Origin: the human T2T-CHM13v2.0 reference genome, Homo sapiens
Direction: 5' to 3' (one strand)
Assembly: GCF_009914755.1 (NCBI RefSeq)
Contig: NC_060945.1
DNA length: 64,000 bases
Positions 41,991 to 60,981 of the stretch are shown piece after piece (position 1 is the stretch's first letter; each line of letters opens with the position of its first letter). The notes under the pieces were generated by a model. The model worked only from the letters and a program-made list of their open reading frames with translations. It made no database searches and was not told the DNA's origin. The translations under genes and the position numbers were made by a program.

Positions 41991-42502
41991 TGTTGAAGGG
42001 GTGAATAAGTAATATCTTTTCCTCATCCATTGCGAGGTTCATGGCTGAGACCCCTATAACGAAAGAGAGATTAACGAGAGAAAAGCATGCAAATTAAGTT
42101 TTACATGGCATGAGAGCCTTCAGAAATGAAGACTTGGAGAAACAGGGATTCCAATCTGTGTCTCTGTGCTTGGGTTTGATGAAGTGTGACAGTCGCGTAG
42201 AATGACTGGATGCGGGCTGTGATGATTCAGGAATACCCCGGGGGGAATTTAGCAAGGCCTGTTTGTTCAGGTTCTTCTTGGTGCCTCTGGGAGACATTCC
42301 TTCCCTCTGGGTATAGGGCAGGACGCCTGTCACAGGGCGTTCAGGGGAGAAGGGAGGGAGATCTTGATCTCCCTAGGCTTTATGAGCTGCCTAGGCTTTA
42401 TGAGCTGCCACAGGGAGGAAGGTGAGAGTATCCTTCCTGCTTCTGCTGTTTTCTCAGTTTCCCAGGTACCATATTTTGGGGTAGCATTTCCTGCACCCCA
42501 TT
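41991..42502 (-). mobile_element. ERV1 solo LTR (MER34/MER39-like) with an internal 18-bp tandem duplication
   Basis: GAGATTAACGAGAGAAAAGCAT..GAGCCTTCAGAAATGAAGAC..CATATTTTGGGGTAGCATTTCCTG; CCTAGGCTTTATGAGCTG twice at 42372-42407. Confidence 0.6.
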
Positions 42503-43356
42503 AGTATCCACCAGAGAAGTTTGCCCTAAAAATGTGCTGTCCCTCTTGTGTCTGGTGCTGGCCTTCAGTGAGACTGAAGGGCATCACGGAAAAGTCTCGT
42601 AAGGTGGAATTGCGGGGAGCCCGAGTGGGAACCTCCATGGTGGCCTTTACCACTGATCCAAGCAACTGGTTCTCCCTTCTCCACTGGGCTACAGCTCTGA
42701 GCTTCTGCACAAAGAGTGGAGTCTCCATCTTTAAATATTCTGCTTATTTTTCAATTTGTCATTATACTAAGAGGTCATGTGTGTGGATTACTTACTTTGT
42801 GCTGGGCAGTATGCTAAATTCTTTATACATGGTAACTCTTTATGCTTGTAACTTCGTGAGGTATCACAGTCCTCATTTTTACAGATGAAACTTCAGCCCA
42901 GAAAGGTAATTTGCCCGAACAGCAAATTCTGAAACTGGAATTGGTGGCTCTGGTGCCCAAGCTTGCATATTTAGACCAGGCATCAGTAATAGCCTCAGTT
43001 TTGTTTATTGCTTTGTTAAGCCTTAGTTTTGAAGCACTTGTTAAGTGCGAGGCTCCATGTGGAGTGTATAAACACTCAATCTCTGTGTGACGACAGCTCC
43101 AAGGAGCAGTCCAGCAAGTTCTGTCTGGCCAAATCTAGACCTGGTTTTGATTAACTTTGTTCATGATCTCTAGATCACTCTGCTCTATGCTTGAACCTGT
43201 ATGCTTGAGTCAAGCTTACCTCTCTGATGGGTGAAGAAAATGATATTTCACTGTTATATTAATTTTATTTTTCTTACCACAAAGGAAGGATATCTCTTCA
43301 TTTTTCTAAGTCCTGTTGGTTCATTGCCTTTGCTTTTGCTGCATTTCTCTCTCTCT

Positions 43357-43656
43357 CTTTTTTTTTTTTTTTTTTGAGACAGAGTCTCACTCTGTCACTC
43401 AGGCTGGAGTTCAGTGGCACAATCTCGACTCTCTCCAACCTCCACCTCCCAGGTTCCAGTGATTCTCCTGCCTCAGCCTCCTGAGTAGCTGGGACTGCAG
43501 GCGTGTGCCACCACGCCTGGCTAATTTTTGTATTTTTAGTAGAGACAGGGTTTCATCATGTTGGCCAGGCTGGTCTCAAACTCCTGACCTCAGGCGATCT
43601 GCCCATCTTGGCCTCCCAAAGTGCTGAGATTACAGGCGTGAGCCACTGCACCCAGC
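43357..43656 (-). mobile_element. AluS
   Basis: Antisense Alu; TSD TTGCTGCATTT. Confidence 0.88.
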
Positions 43657-43790
43657 CTTCTTGCTGCATTTTTAAAGAAGACAACTGCAGCTTGTCTCTC
43701 TTGATAAGCAGTCTGAGTTTGCCTTTAGTGCACCTTTTCTTCAACAGAAATCAGTTGCCTGTCTCAGATGGGCCTTGCTCACATTATTCA

Positions 43791-44415
<625 letters not shown>

Positions 44416-45496
44416 CATGATAAACATGGTCAACATACAGTGAACAAGTTCATTCCACTTTTACTGGTTACAGCCTCAGTTCTGGGCTATGTGTCTTTTT
44501 CTATGTCTTTTTCACATTAAATGAAGTGAGGTAACACATGTAAATGAGAAAAAATAGCAATCAGTTCTATTAATTTGAAATGAGTGGTTGTGGTTCCTTG
44601 CAATTGCGTTCATATGAAAAGAGATGTATCAGTCAGGATAGGGAAAGTTATGCACAGTAACAAACAATCCTCAAATCATGGTGACTTTTACAACATGGTT
44701 TATTTCTGCCTTACTGGATCAGAAAGTAGTTTCTGCTTTCTGAAATTTCTCAGGGGCTTTATCTCAACCTGTGTTTCCATAATCTTAGAGGCAGGGAAAA
44801 GAGAAGTGATAAGCTATGAGTTGGCTTTGAAGATCTGTGCCAGAAGTGACTCCCATAATTCTATTCATCTTGTTGGCCCCAAGTATGTCACGTTGCCGTG
44901 CCTATACTCAAAAGAGCAGAAGAAAGGGATCCTGCTGTGTGCACAGACTGAGGGAACCTCTTAGGAATCCCAGATGCTCCCCATGGGAAGTACTTAACAT
45001 CTTTTTTGTCCCAAATAGCAGAAGTCTTAGAGTATAATGAGCAAAAATGAGATTTGGTAGTGTTAAAAAGAGAAAACTCTGCCTTGACAAAAATAATGGT
45101 ACAGGTCAAGACAGCTTTTAGCTCTCCTGCTCTTGAATCCATGGAGAAAGCTTGTTAGCCTGTGATCAGTAAGCCATGGGAGTCGTGGAAATGTTTTCTG
45201 CGGGCTGGCTGGGCATTGCTGGTGGTGAAGCTGGATGTTGGCTGCCTGACCGTTCTATGTGTTTGAAATTGCCCGTGAGCAAATGTACTGTTTGCTATCC
45301 ATTATCCACGTTCATTCCTTCTCTGCTGCTACCGTCAGTCTGTTTTCATCCTTTGTGACAGTGTGGAAGTTAAGTGGCCTCTCCTCTGTTCTTTTTTTTT
45401 TTTTCCTTTTTGGAACATAAGCACATTTTTTCACATTATTTTATTAGCATTCCCTTTGTTTTAAGGTATCACATTCTTCATAAATGATGTTTTAAG

Positions 45497-46101
45497 GGCT
45501 AGGCGCAGTGGCTCACACCCATAATCCCAGCATTTTGGGAGGCTGAGGCAGGAGGATTGCGTGAGCCCAGGAGTCTGAGACCAGTTGATCATTCTGGGCA
45601 ATGTAGGGAGACCTTGTCTCTACAGAACAATCTTTTTAAATTAGCCAGGCTTGGTGGCATGCACCTGCAGTCCCAGCTATTCAGGAGGCCAAGGTGGGAG
45701 GATCACTGGAACCTGGAGGTTGAAGCTGCATGGAACCATGATCGCACACTTGCTCTCCAGCCTGTGTAACAGAGTGCAACCCTTTTTTGATGACCACTAG
45801 TTATATCTGATTTTTTTTTTTTTTTGAGATGAGATGGAGTCTCACCCTGTCGCCCAGGCTAGAGTGCAGTTGGCTCACTGCAACCTCTGCCTCCTGGGTT
45901 CAAGTGATTCTCCTGCCTTAGCCTCCTGAGTAGCTGGGATTATAGGCACGCGCCACCATGCCCGGCTAATTTTTTGTGTCTTTAGTAGAGACAGGGTTTC
46001 ATCATGTTGGCCAGGTTGGTCTTGAACTCCTGACCTTGTGATCCACCCACCTCTGCCTCCCAAAGTGCCAGGATTATAGGTGTGAGCCACTGCACCTGGC
46101 C
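45497..46101. mobile_element. Tail-to-tail Alus (45497-45782 plus; 45810-46101 minus)
   Basis: Alu text; TSD ATATCTGATTTT for the minus copy. Confidence 0.85.
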
Positions 46102-46533
46102 ATATCTGATTTTTTTTAAAGATGTCATTTTATTGAATTTGAGAATTCACTTAGACCACAGATATCTGATGAAAAATATTCTTGTTTTCCTTGTCTTCCT
46201 TTCATGTCCTGCATAACCTGAGTGTGCTTTAGAGGTGGGATCGTAGTGTTTGCGTACAAGAGGAAAGTTGTCATGGCCCTGTGGTCATGAGGCTGAGGGC
46301 CCACGATTCTGATGTGGATGGAATGCAGCTGGCATTGCACATGTCTTAGATGCTCTTCCCAACTGCCCGCTTTGTTCTAGGCACTGTGCAGGGTGCTGGA
46401 GACAGCAGAGAAGAGTGAGATAGTCCCTGCCCTCGCACTGTAGAGGGAAGGCCTGTTCTGCCTCCCTGAGATGGGGGCACTGAGCTAAATCACACGTGAG
46501 GAAGAGTTAGCAAGGTGGCCGGAAGGGCATTTA

Positions 46534-47367
<834 letters not shown>

Positions 47368-47939
47368 TTACTCTGTGCCACGAAGGACAGCATCGATCTG
47401 TTCACACTCTCGACCTTGCTTCTCGGGTACAGCAAGCACTCTGGGATGCTTTCCCGCAGACGTGTCGTGTATCCTGCTTATGGAAGCCTAGCTTGGGACT
47501 ACCATTGCTCCAGCCCAGTGGGGTGGTGCTGTTTTCCTCCTGGAGAACATGGGTTCCTCCCAGCACCATCTCCAACTGGTAGAAATGTCAGGCGTCACAG
47601 CCTGGAAGGCTTTAATCCCAATCCATATCTTCTGAGTGAGCCCCTACTCATGGCTTCCTGAGATGGAGAAGCACACGGCCCTCACCCATCACGGGCTCAG
47701 AGGTGTGACCGAGAAGCTGGCCACCTACTAAGAAAGTCCTTGTGCCTGCCTCATCTCCAGCGCTGCCAGAGCTGCTGTGGACTCTCGCCATGCAGTCCCT
47801 CTGCCCCTTTGTTGTGTATGTCTCTTTCTTACAGCCACACTGGGACATGGCTGCAGTCTCTCTGGCTTCAGCAGATCCACTCTCCATTGTAAATATCGCT
47901 GCCTTCTTCCTCATGTGTTTTTTTTGTCTTGTTTGACAG

Positions 47940-48121
47940 GCTCTTCAGAGTAACCTGAGGTACTCCTTGTTGCCAAGACGGCTCCTCATCAGCAAAAGAT
48001 TAGCTCAGTGTTTGCACCCTGCCCTGCCCAGTGGTGTCCACTTAAAAGCTCTGGAAACCTACGAGATTATCTTTAAAATCGTGGGGACCAAATGGCTGGC
48101 CAAGGACTTGTTTCTGTACAG
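47940..48121 (+). CDS. DOP1B: DOP1B exon 3; [41 protein letters not shown]...KDLFLY
   Basis: Acceptor TTTGACAG, donor CAG|GTGCGA; 182 nt, phase 0 to 2; conserved Dopey motif [16 protein letters not shown]. Confidence 0.97.
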
Positions 48122-48305
48122 GTGCGATTGCTTCTCTGCTGTGTTCCTTTTTATTACCCAAGTAGCCGGTATTTCAGCTCACAAGATGAGAAAATGACAA
48201 ACAGGCAAAATAAGCGTAGGGCTGTGTGTGCAACAGTTAATCATAAAGCCATCACCAGGAGACATCACTGGGCGCCTTCTGGAGTCTATCCGTCCTAACT
48301 TTGCT

Positions 48306-48966
48306 TTCTTTCTTTTTTTTTTTTAATTTAAGTTCTAGGGTACATATGCACAACGTGCAGGTTTGTCACACATGTATACATGTGCCATGTTGGTGTGCTG
48401 CACCCATTAACTCGTCATTTACATTAGGTGTATCTCCTAGTGCTATCCCTCCCCACTCCCCCGACCCCATGACAGGCCCCAGTGTGTGATGTTCCCCTTC
48501 CTGTGTCCAAGTGTTCTCATTGTTCAATCCCCACCTATGAGTGAGAACATGCCATGTTTGGTTTTTTGTCCTTGCGATAGTTTGCTGAGAATGATGGTTT
48601 CCAGCTTCATCCATGTCCCTACAAAGGACATGAACTCATCCTTTTTTATGGCTACATAGTATTCCATGGTGTATATGTGCCACATTTTCTTAATCCAGTC
48701 TATCATCGATGGACATTTGGGTTGGTTCCAAGTCTTTGCTATTGTGACTAGTGTTGCAATAAATATACGTGTGGATGTGTCTTTATAGCAGTTTGATTTA
48801 TAATCCTTTGGGTATATACCCAGTAACGGGATGGCTGGGTCAAATGGTATTTCTAGTTCTAGATCCTTGAGGAATCGCCACACTGACTTCCACAATGGTT
48901 GAACTAGTTAACAGTCCCACCAACAGTGTGAAAGTGTTCCTATTTCTCCACATCCTCTCCAGCACC
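48306..48966 (-). mobile_element. 5'-truncated L1PA (L1PA3-5-like): ORF2p C-terminus plus 3'UTR
   Basis: ORF 48524-48895 WRFLKDLELEIPFDPAIPLLGIYP...WMKLETIILSKL matches the ORF2p C-terminus; poly(A) at left; possible TSD ACTTTGCT at 48298 and 48975. Confidence 0.93.
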
Positions 48967-49200
48967 CCATTTGGACTTTGCTACAAGGGAACTTTAGCAT
49001 CTGAACGTGCGGACAGCTTCATTGCTGGCTTGTTACGTAACAGTGTTTTGTGACCATCTCATGTCATACCCACACATCGAAACCAGCAGTTTAAATGGCC
49101 AGCTGTTTGCTTGTGAAAACTCCCCTCGGCTGGCTTGTCACCTGGGACTTCTGACTGGGTATCTTATTTCTGCCCCGCTCCCTCTCGTTCTTTCTCGAAG

Positions 49201-49371
49201 CTGCGGGTTATTTCCTCTCCTGGCACACGCGGCGGTGTCGGTGAGGCCGGTGCTGCTCACCCTGTACGAGAAGTACTTCCTCCCACTGCAGAAGCTGCTC
49301 CTGCCCAGTCTGCAGGCCTTCATCGTGGGCCTGCTGCCCGGCCTTGAAGAGGGCTCCGAGATCTCCGACAG
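49201..49371 (+). CDS. DOP1B: DOP1B exon 4; (S)[29 protein letters not shown]...[12 protein letters not shown](R)
   Basis: Pyrimidine tract plus AAG acceptor at 49200, donor CAG|GTGCGT; 171 nt, phase 2 to 2; Dopey motif LLPGLEEGS. Confidence 0.97.
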
Positions 49372-49431
49372 GTGCGTGGGCGTCTTGTCCAGGCTGTGTT
49401 TACTCCACTGCTTTATAAGACGCGGGGAGGG

Positions 49432-49886
<455 letters not shown>

Positions 49887-49904
49887 TTAGGCGGAGAGAA
49901 ATGT

Positions 49905-50086
49905 AGCTCATTAATAAGGGAGACCATAGTGCAGGGTTCCCATGATGTCCTGTCCCGTTACGGAGTTACCCACAGAGTCACCATGTGTGGAGGGAAGACA
50001 TACCCTCTTAGGGCGCCTAGTGTGGAGGAAATGAAGGGACCCTTTCCTGGGCACTTGCAGCGTGCATTACACACATGATCACATTG
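49905..50086 (+). repeat. Copy 1 of a ~180-bp local duplication (copy 2 at 53196-53378)
   Basis: AGCTCATTAATAAGGGA ... CACATGATCACATTG occurs in both places. Confidence 0.9.
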
Positions 50087-50174
50087 TGTAATGAATTCCT
50101 CTGCTCCAGGAGTTACCTCCATTTACAGGTGAGGGTCAGAGGGTAAGAAGGTTTCCCAGTCGCACAGTCAGTGA

Positions 50175-50573
<399 letters not shown>

Positions 50574-50580
50574 TAAATTA

Positions 50581-51158
<578 letters not shown>

Positions 51159-52245
51159 TTATTAACTCTTCTGAGAGATGCCACAGTGATTCACCTCTGT
51201 TAATGGGACCTGTTTTAAGAGCCCATGTTCAGTCACTGGTGACTTTTGTGCTTGTAAAAGCTGCCATGTGATTACACAACGCGCTGCTCATATTACCCTG
51301 TGCTGGAGGCCCTAGTCAGGTCACCCTTTCCTGTGGTGTCAGCTGTGACTGAGGGGTGCAGGAGGCTGGAGTCTAACCCAGGAATCAATCCAAGGTCCAT
51401 TTGCACGGCTCCCCCAGCCTTAAGTAAACCAAGTAATCAGAATGGTTTGAAGGGTTAGTTAGGAAGTGGCCAAGGGTGCATTTCGTGAGCTCTATATCAG
51501 GACTTGACAGATGTAACTAAAACATTGCACTTTAACCATTTCAAGCTCTCACATAGACCAGGTGTTGGCTCTCCATTTCCCAAAGGAGAATCCACCTTTA
51601 CAGTTTCTACCTTAGGAGGCAGAATCTGTCTCGTTGCGGTTTTAAGCCCAGCGCCAGGCCCTGTGGCTGGTACACGGTGAGACTCGGTAAGTGTGTGTTG
51701 AGTTAACGAGTGGTCCAGGTCACATAGGAGGCAGCTGGAGGACATTGCCAGACTCCATGCCAATGGACTCCTAATCCCAGGCCCTTTCTAGAAGTTCTGC
51801 TGTGTTTGTGTTCTGATGACAGATATGTGAGTATACATCCTACATGATTTTTCCATCATTGGACAGATGAACACATTAGTTCCCTAAAGCTTACTGTGAT
51901 CTTTTAAATCTGTGTGAATCACACTAGAAGTGTAAATAGTTGGAGTGTTTTTGTTTTCTTAGTTGATAAATAAAGGTTCATTTGAACAGTTGCTAAAGTT
52001 GCTTAACATTGATTTTTTTTCTGAATATTGTGATTTCTTGACATTGAACCAAGAGCCAAGTAAAGCTTCATGAATCACCGAATCTATTTAGCTGTGACAG
52101 AAAACCAAATGCAATGTGGCACCCAGAAGTGATTAGTTATCAGCTCTCCAAGGTGGATGCAGGTGAAAGGTTATACAATAATCTCTGAGCCAGTGTGTTG
52201 CAGCCACAGTAATTGAAGTGACTGTACAAGATTTTTTGGTTGCTA

Positions 52246-52731
<486 letters not shown>

Positions 52732-52931
52732 CTATGACTGGTCAGAAATCCTTTTTTTTTTTTTTTAAGTGCCCATGAAATAGCTACATAGCTGTGTTTT
52801 GCTGTACTAAGAAAACAAGATTAGAACAGGGAAAGCACTAAACTCTTCTTCTCAGGAGATGAGGAGAGGTGAATGTTTTAAATGGTTTGTAAGAAGGCAA
52901 CAACTAGCTCACCAGATATTTCCATTTAAAT

Positions 52932-53151
52932 CAGTAATTTTCAATGTAGTAGTAATTTTGCCTCTCAGGGTACATTTGACAATATCTGGAGACAGTTTTG
53001 GCTGTCACAACTGGGGGTGGGGAGGGTGCTACTGATATTTAGTGGGTAGAGTCCAGGAGCTGCTGAACATTTTACAATGCACACAGGTGCCCCGACAACA
53101 AAGACTTACCTGGTCCCAGATGTCAGTGGGGTGGACGTTCAGAAACCCTGG
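52932..53151 (+). mobile_element. MER20 DNA transposon
   Basis: TTTTGCCTCTCAGGGTACATTTGACAATATCTGGAGACAGTTTTGGCTGTCACAACTGGGG ... AGAAACCCTG. Confidence 0.8.
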
Positions 53152-53175
53152 CTTAAAGAGTTGAAAAATATTTAT

Positions 53176-54151
<976 letters not shown>

Positions 54152-54200
54152 TGAAGGAGCTGCGTTTGCAGAAGGCATGAGAGAGCATAAGCTGGGATGA

Positions 54201-54963
<763 letters not shown>

Positions 54964-55133
54964 TCATAGTAACTCTTGTTGAGTAGGAAGTTATTTCGTT
55001 TTTAACCCCGTTTATTTTGCTCTCTCATACCAAAGGTTTGTCATAGTTGCTGTTGTTTCTACTATGATGTCATTTAAATTGTTAGTATGCATCCATTTTT
55101 TTTAGAATAAAATGAGACTTAAAAAACAAAGCT

Positions 55134-55428
55134 GGCTGGGCACAGTGGCTCACACCTGTAGTCCCAGCACTGAGAGGCCATGCAGGGTGGACCACTTGAA
55201 GCCAAAAGTTCAAGACCAGCCTGGGCAACATGGTGAAACTCTGTCTACATATAAAATGCAAAAATTAGCCCAGTGTGGCAGCATGGGTGTGTAGTCCCAG
55301 CTACTCAGAGGCTGAGGCAGGAAAATTGATTGAGCCCAGGAGGTCAGGGCTGCAGTGAGCTGTGTTCATGCCACTGCACTCCAGCCTGGGTGACAGAGTA
55401 ACACCCTGCCTCAAAAAAAAAAAAAAAA
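55134..55428 (+). mobile_element. AluJ
   Basis: Diverged dimeric Alu with A tail. Confidence 0.85.
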
Positions 55429-56048
55429 ATTATTTCTTTAATAGAAAGCTAGTAGCCAGTTTTCAGAATATTGAAGAGACAACATAGGCAGCGTTTCCCA
55501 TACTTTTTGAGGGTGGAACCCCTCTTCTGTGGAACATCTCTAGTGGCCAGTGTTCCATGGAACATACTTTGGGAATATGCAGTTCTAATTAAAGGGGGAC
55601 TGTGACACCACGATGTGTGCATTATAGTGTTTGTGATGATTTCAGAGCTAGGCAAAGACAAGCTCTATTTGTTTACTCAGCCTTTAATAGAAGACCAATC
55701 AATAACCTCAGCCATTAAATCGCCCTGCCTACTTCTTCTATACACTTAGCCATTACTTATGCCTCTTCATTTTTATTTTTTCTAAGAAGACGGTACCATG
55801 CATTATTTCCTGCAATATTTTACAGGAAGTTCAGACTAATTTTAAGGAGAACAAAATGTACTTTTAATATAACACGATGGTAGATATTTTTGAAGGAAAT
55901 ACAAAAAAATTAACCGAGGGGTTTTTCGAGTGCCAACCTGGAGTCACTTGCTCAAATAGGCACTGGGGCTGTGACAGCAAACAGAGTGGACCTAGTAGTA
56001 ATTGCAGGCGGCATGGCCCAAGCATTAGGTCTGTTCTTCTGGGTTGAG

Positions 56049-56368
56049 TTTTTTTTTTTTCTTTTTTTCTTTTCTTTTTTTTTTTTGAGACAGAGTCTCA
56101 CTCTGTTGCCCAGGCTGGAGTGCAGTGACGGCCTCTCGGCTCACTGCAAACTCCGCCTCCCGGCTTCAAGCAATTCTCCTGCCTCAGCCTCCCCAGTAGC
56201 TGGGATTATAGGCACCTGCCATCATGCCTCGCTAATTTTTGCATTTTTAATAGAGATGGGGTTTCACCATGTTGTCCAGGCTGGTCTCAAACTCCTGACC
56301 TCAGGTGATCCACCCGCCTCAGCCTCCCCGAGTGCTGGGATTACAGGCATGAGCCACCACGCCCAGCC
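56049..56368 (-). mobile_element. AluS
   Basis: Antisense Alu. Confidence 0.88.
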
Positions 56369-57598
56369 AAACAGTTTTTTTTGTTTTTTTTTTTTTTTTT
56401 TTTGAGGGGACTCTCACTTCATTCTCACAACATCTCCACGAGGTCGAGGCTCCTTCCCCTGTCTTTTAGCTGAGCACGGGCGTGCACAGATGTTAAACTG
56501 GTCCTAGGTCCTGCATCTAGGAGGCATCACAACCAGGATCTGGACACGGGAGGGCCAACTCTGGCAAGCTCTGTGAACCAACACATTCCACCGGGTTGGT
56601 TTTTCTGATTGTTTTTTGTGGTCTTTGCAGATAGGAAGCATGTGAGAAACTGAATCCTTTCAGGTAATGAGTCAGATCCTTCGTGGGGTGATATCCCTTA
56701 GGGGGAATGTGCCTCTGCTGTTTTACTGGTAGATGCTGTCACCCAGCCTGCAGATTGTGTGCACTGAGGACAGGGAAAGGGCCGCAGTCAGCTGCAGGGA
56801 CACCACCGAACAGACATGGGCCTGGCCTTGGTCAGCGTCAGGGGAAAAACGAGCCCTGATCCACTGGTGACGCTGCTTCTCTTAAAAGGATGCATGAGAA
56901 GGTGCTGACTTTGTATCACGGGAGACCTAGATAAAGATAAGAGGCGAACAAATGCCCGGCCTCAGCACAAGAGCCCCTGGGAGCGGGAGTCAGCACATGC
57001 AGGTGCTGTGGGCAGACTGAAAGGAAACACCACTCCAGGCTGATGGAATTTGCAGGGTCGTGGGAGGCCCCAGGCAGATTTGCCCCTAGCATTTCTAAAG
57101 GCAGATGTCACTTGGCACATTTTTGGCTGTGCTCAAGTTGGTGGCATCTAATTGCTTAAGTCTTTGATCAGTCTCCTCAGCATATGCTTGTTTTTGATAC
57201 ACCAATGGCTCCTTCCGCTTTTCTGTGAAGTGGCTGACCTGCCTATCCCTCTTATGGTGGAACCTCCCTTCCGTGAGCACCTAGGCATCCGTGGCACGGC
57301 CAGGGTGGAGATGGGTCTCTGCCCTGCCACGCACGACTGCTTAGCCACTTTCCATTGGCCAAGACACCGCGCTGCCTAGTGACATTGGTTTTAGCAAATC
57401 CAGGGTCAGTGTGACAGCCAGCAGGTGGACACACACAGCAGGGTGAGAGATGGCAGCGGCTCCCGGCGATGAGGAAGGTGGGGCTTCCCCAGCCAGGCGA
57501 ATCCGCTGTGGTACTTCATGCAGCATTCGCAGAGCAGTGTGCAGTGGGACTCGGGAAGATGGGGCGAGCCCTTGAACCCTATCCTCTCTCATCAACAG

Positions 57599-57788
57599 AA
57601 CGGATGCTCTGCTCCTGAGACTGTCGCTGGTGGTTGGCAAAGAGGTGTTTTACACCGCCCTCTGGGGGAGCGTCCTGGCCAGCCCGTCCATCCGCCTCCC
57701 TGCCTCAGTCTTCGTGGTGGGCCACATCAACAGGGATGCCCCCGGCCGGGAGCAGAAGTACATGCTGGGGACCAATCACCAACTCACG
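57599..57788 (+). CDS. DOP1B: DOP1B exon 5; (R)[33 protein letters not shown]...NHQLT
   Basis: Acceptor CAACAG at 57598, donor ACG|GTGGGT; 190 nt, phase 2 to 0. Confidence 0.95.
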
Positions 57789-57996
57789 GTGGGTGCTGTG
57801 TTCCTCACAGGGCATGGGGAGGAGGCGACATGTGGGCACAGCATCCTCATGGGCAGGTTGTCACTGAAGCTGCAAAGGGACATCCAGGAAAGGGAGGTGC
57901 ACCAAGCTTAAGTCTGGGTAACGAACGGCTGAGCAAGGCGAGAAGGAGGCCTTGTGCAGTTGAGGCTGGTGGTGGCTTTTTTAACATATGCATTAA

Positions 57997-58296
<300 letters not shown>

Positions 58297-59109
58297 TAAG
58301 TGTTCACACCCTCAGAGGTCCCTTCTGGAGGCCCCTGGCTTTGCAGAAATGTGCTTAGCTGCACACGGCGCTCAGACGGCCTCTGCACGCAGAGGGTCTG
58401 CTGCATTGGCGGGTCTTTGTTTCCTTCCTCTGTCCTGTGTCACGGGGGCCACTGCCCACTCACACATGGAAACCCCCTCCTCCCTTGGCGTCCTCCCCCT
58501 CCTCTCTTGTCTCCATTGGCTGCTCTCAAACCTAAATTATTGGGGTCCCCCAGGTATCCATCTCCAGGCCCTTCAAGGGAAGCTCTCTTCCCTGGTAACG
58601 ACATCCCTTCTCGTGCCCTTAGAAATGGTAACCTCCCAGATCTTTGTCTCTTTTCCCCAAACCTGCCTCTTGTGCTTTTGTGTCTTGCTGTCTTTCGCCA
58701 CCTGGTGGTGTTCCCACACTTTGATCTTAAAGTGTTCAGATTGAATTCGCAGGTGAGAAGATCTGCAGCTGAGTGTGAATTACCCTCTGGTTCCATTTCT
58801 CTTTGCAAAATGGGGGTTGTAGACCTGCTTCACAGGATCTCTCTGATGACAAGGTGGAAAAATGGATGAAAAGCGCCTCGCACAATGATCAGGACACAGG
58901 CGACCCCGATGAACACGTCCCTTTCCTGCCCCGTCAGTATCCCCTTTGTCTCTTTCTCTCCATCGTCTCAGCCCTGCTCTGGCTTCTTGTCTCTTACTCT
59001 TGGATCTGACTGGTTTCTTCCCATCCCAAATCTGCTAAGAGATTTGGGATGGGGAGAAAGCCTAGCTTTGCTCATATGTATCCTGTGCTTTAAAAATGTC
59101 TGACTTCCC

Positions 59110-59917
<808 letters not shown>

Positions 59918-60436
59918 TCAGTGTAGCTCCTTCCTGTTCTTCAAGCCCAGCTTTCCCGTGGAGCATCATTGTTCTCTGCAGTTGAAAGAGCTCTCCTCTT
60001 CTGAACTCTGAGCGTTTGTCTGTGGCTCTAATTTCTTATGCATCTCTAGTCTACCTATCTGTATTCAGAAAAGACACTCAGAATATCTACTGAATTGATC
60101 AGGAATTATTTTCCCATGTGTCTTCAGAGCTTTAGTTTAAGGTTCCTGTTGGATCCTTTCTGGGATCGTAGAATTTGAGATCATAGAACCCGGCCATCTG
60201 GTCCAAACCCCTCCGGCTCTCACGTGGAACAGTGAGGTCTGCAGCTGAACGTCTTCTCCGATGTCACGCAGCCTGTGGCCTCGAGAGCTAGAACCCACAC
60301 CCTCCTGACCTGTGGCTGCTGGTTCTCTTCTGAGTGATATAACGCAGGAGTTTCAAGATTCCCGGGAAAGGTTACTTTCGTTTTTATGACCATAAAGAGT
60401 AGCCTGAAAATGCTAGTGCCGTTTGATCGTTTACAG

Positions 60437-60535
60437 GTGAAGTCTTTGCGTGCCTCCCTGTTGGACTCAAATGTTCTTGTGCAAAGAAATAATCTGGAAA
60501 TCGTTCTGTTTTTCTTCCCATTTTATACCTGTCTG
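60437..60535 (+). CDS. DOP1B: DOP1B exon 6; [33 protein letters not shown]
   Basis: Acceptor TTACAG, donor CTG|GTAAGT; 99 nt, phase 0 to 0. Confidence 0.96.
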
Positions 60536-60857
60536 GTAAGTAATTTGTACTCTTCTGGTAAGTCACTGGTGTTTCCCAAGGGGTGGGATATAGATCTCAA
60601 GCAGTTCTGTCGTACGAGGACAGCTCAGCCACTCATGGGCATTATTTGCTGGTAGCCAGTGAAAAGTCCTTGTTCATTTTTGCAAGGATAGCGTTTTCAT
60701 TGCACGTATTGAATAGCTTCTTTCCATGGGTAATGTGTAAGGAACCAGCCCATTTTGAGATAGAGCTTTGCAGACCAGCAAGGAAGGGCTGCGTGTCAAA
60801 AAGTCAGCAATCTGCCCTATCATTCCCTTGCAGTAAATTTCTCTGTCCTTCTAATAG

Positions 60858-60981
60858 GATTCCAATGAGAGAGCCATCCCCCTCCTCAGATCTGACATCG
60901 TGCGCATTCTCTCAGCCGCCACCCAGACCCTACTGAGAAGGGACATGTCCCTGAACAGAAGACTGTATGCATGGTTACTAG
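60858..60981 (+). CDS. DOP1B: DOP1B exon 7; [41 protein letters not shown](G)
   Basis: Acceptor CTAATAG, donor TAG|GTACTG; 124 nt; hallmark Dopey motif [16 protein letters not shown]. Confidence 0.97.
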
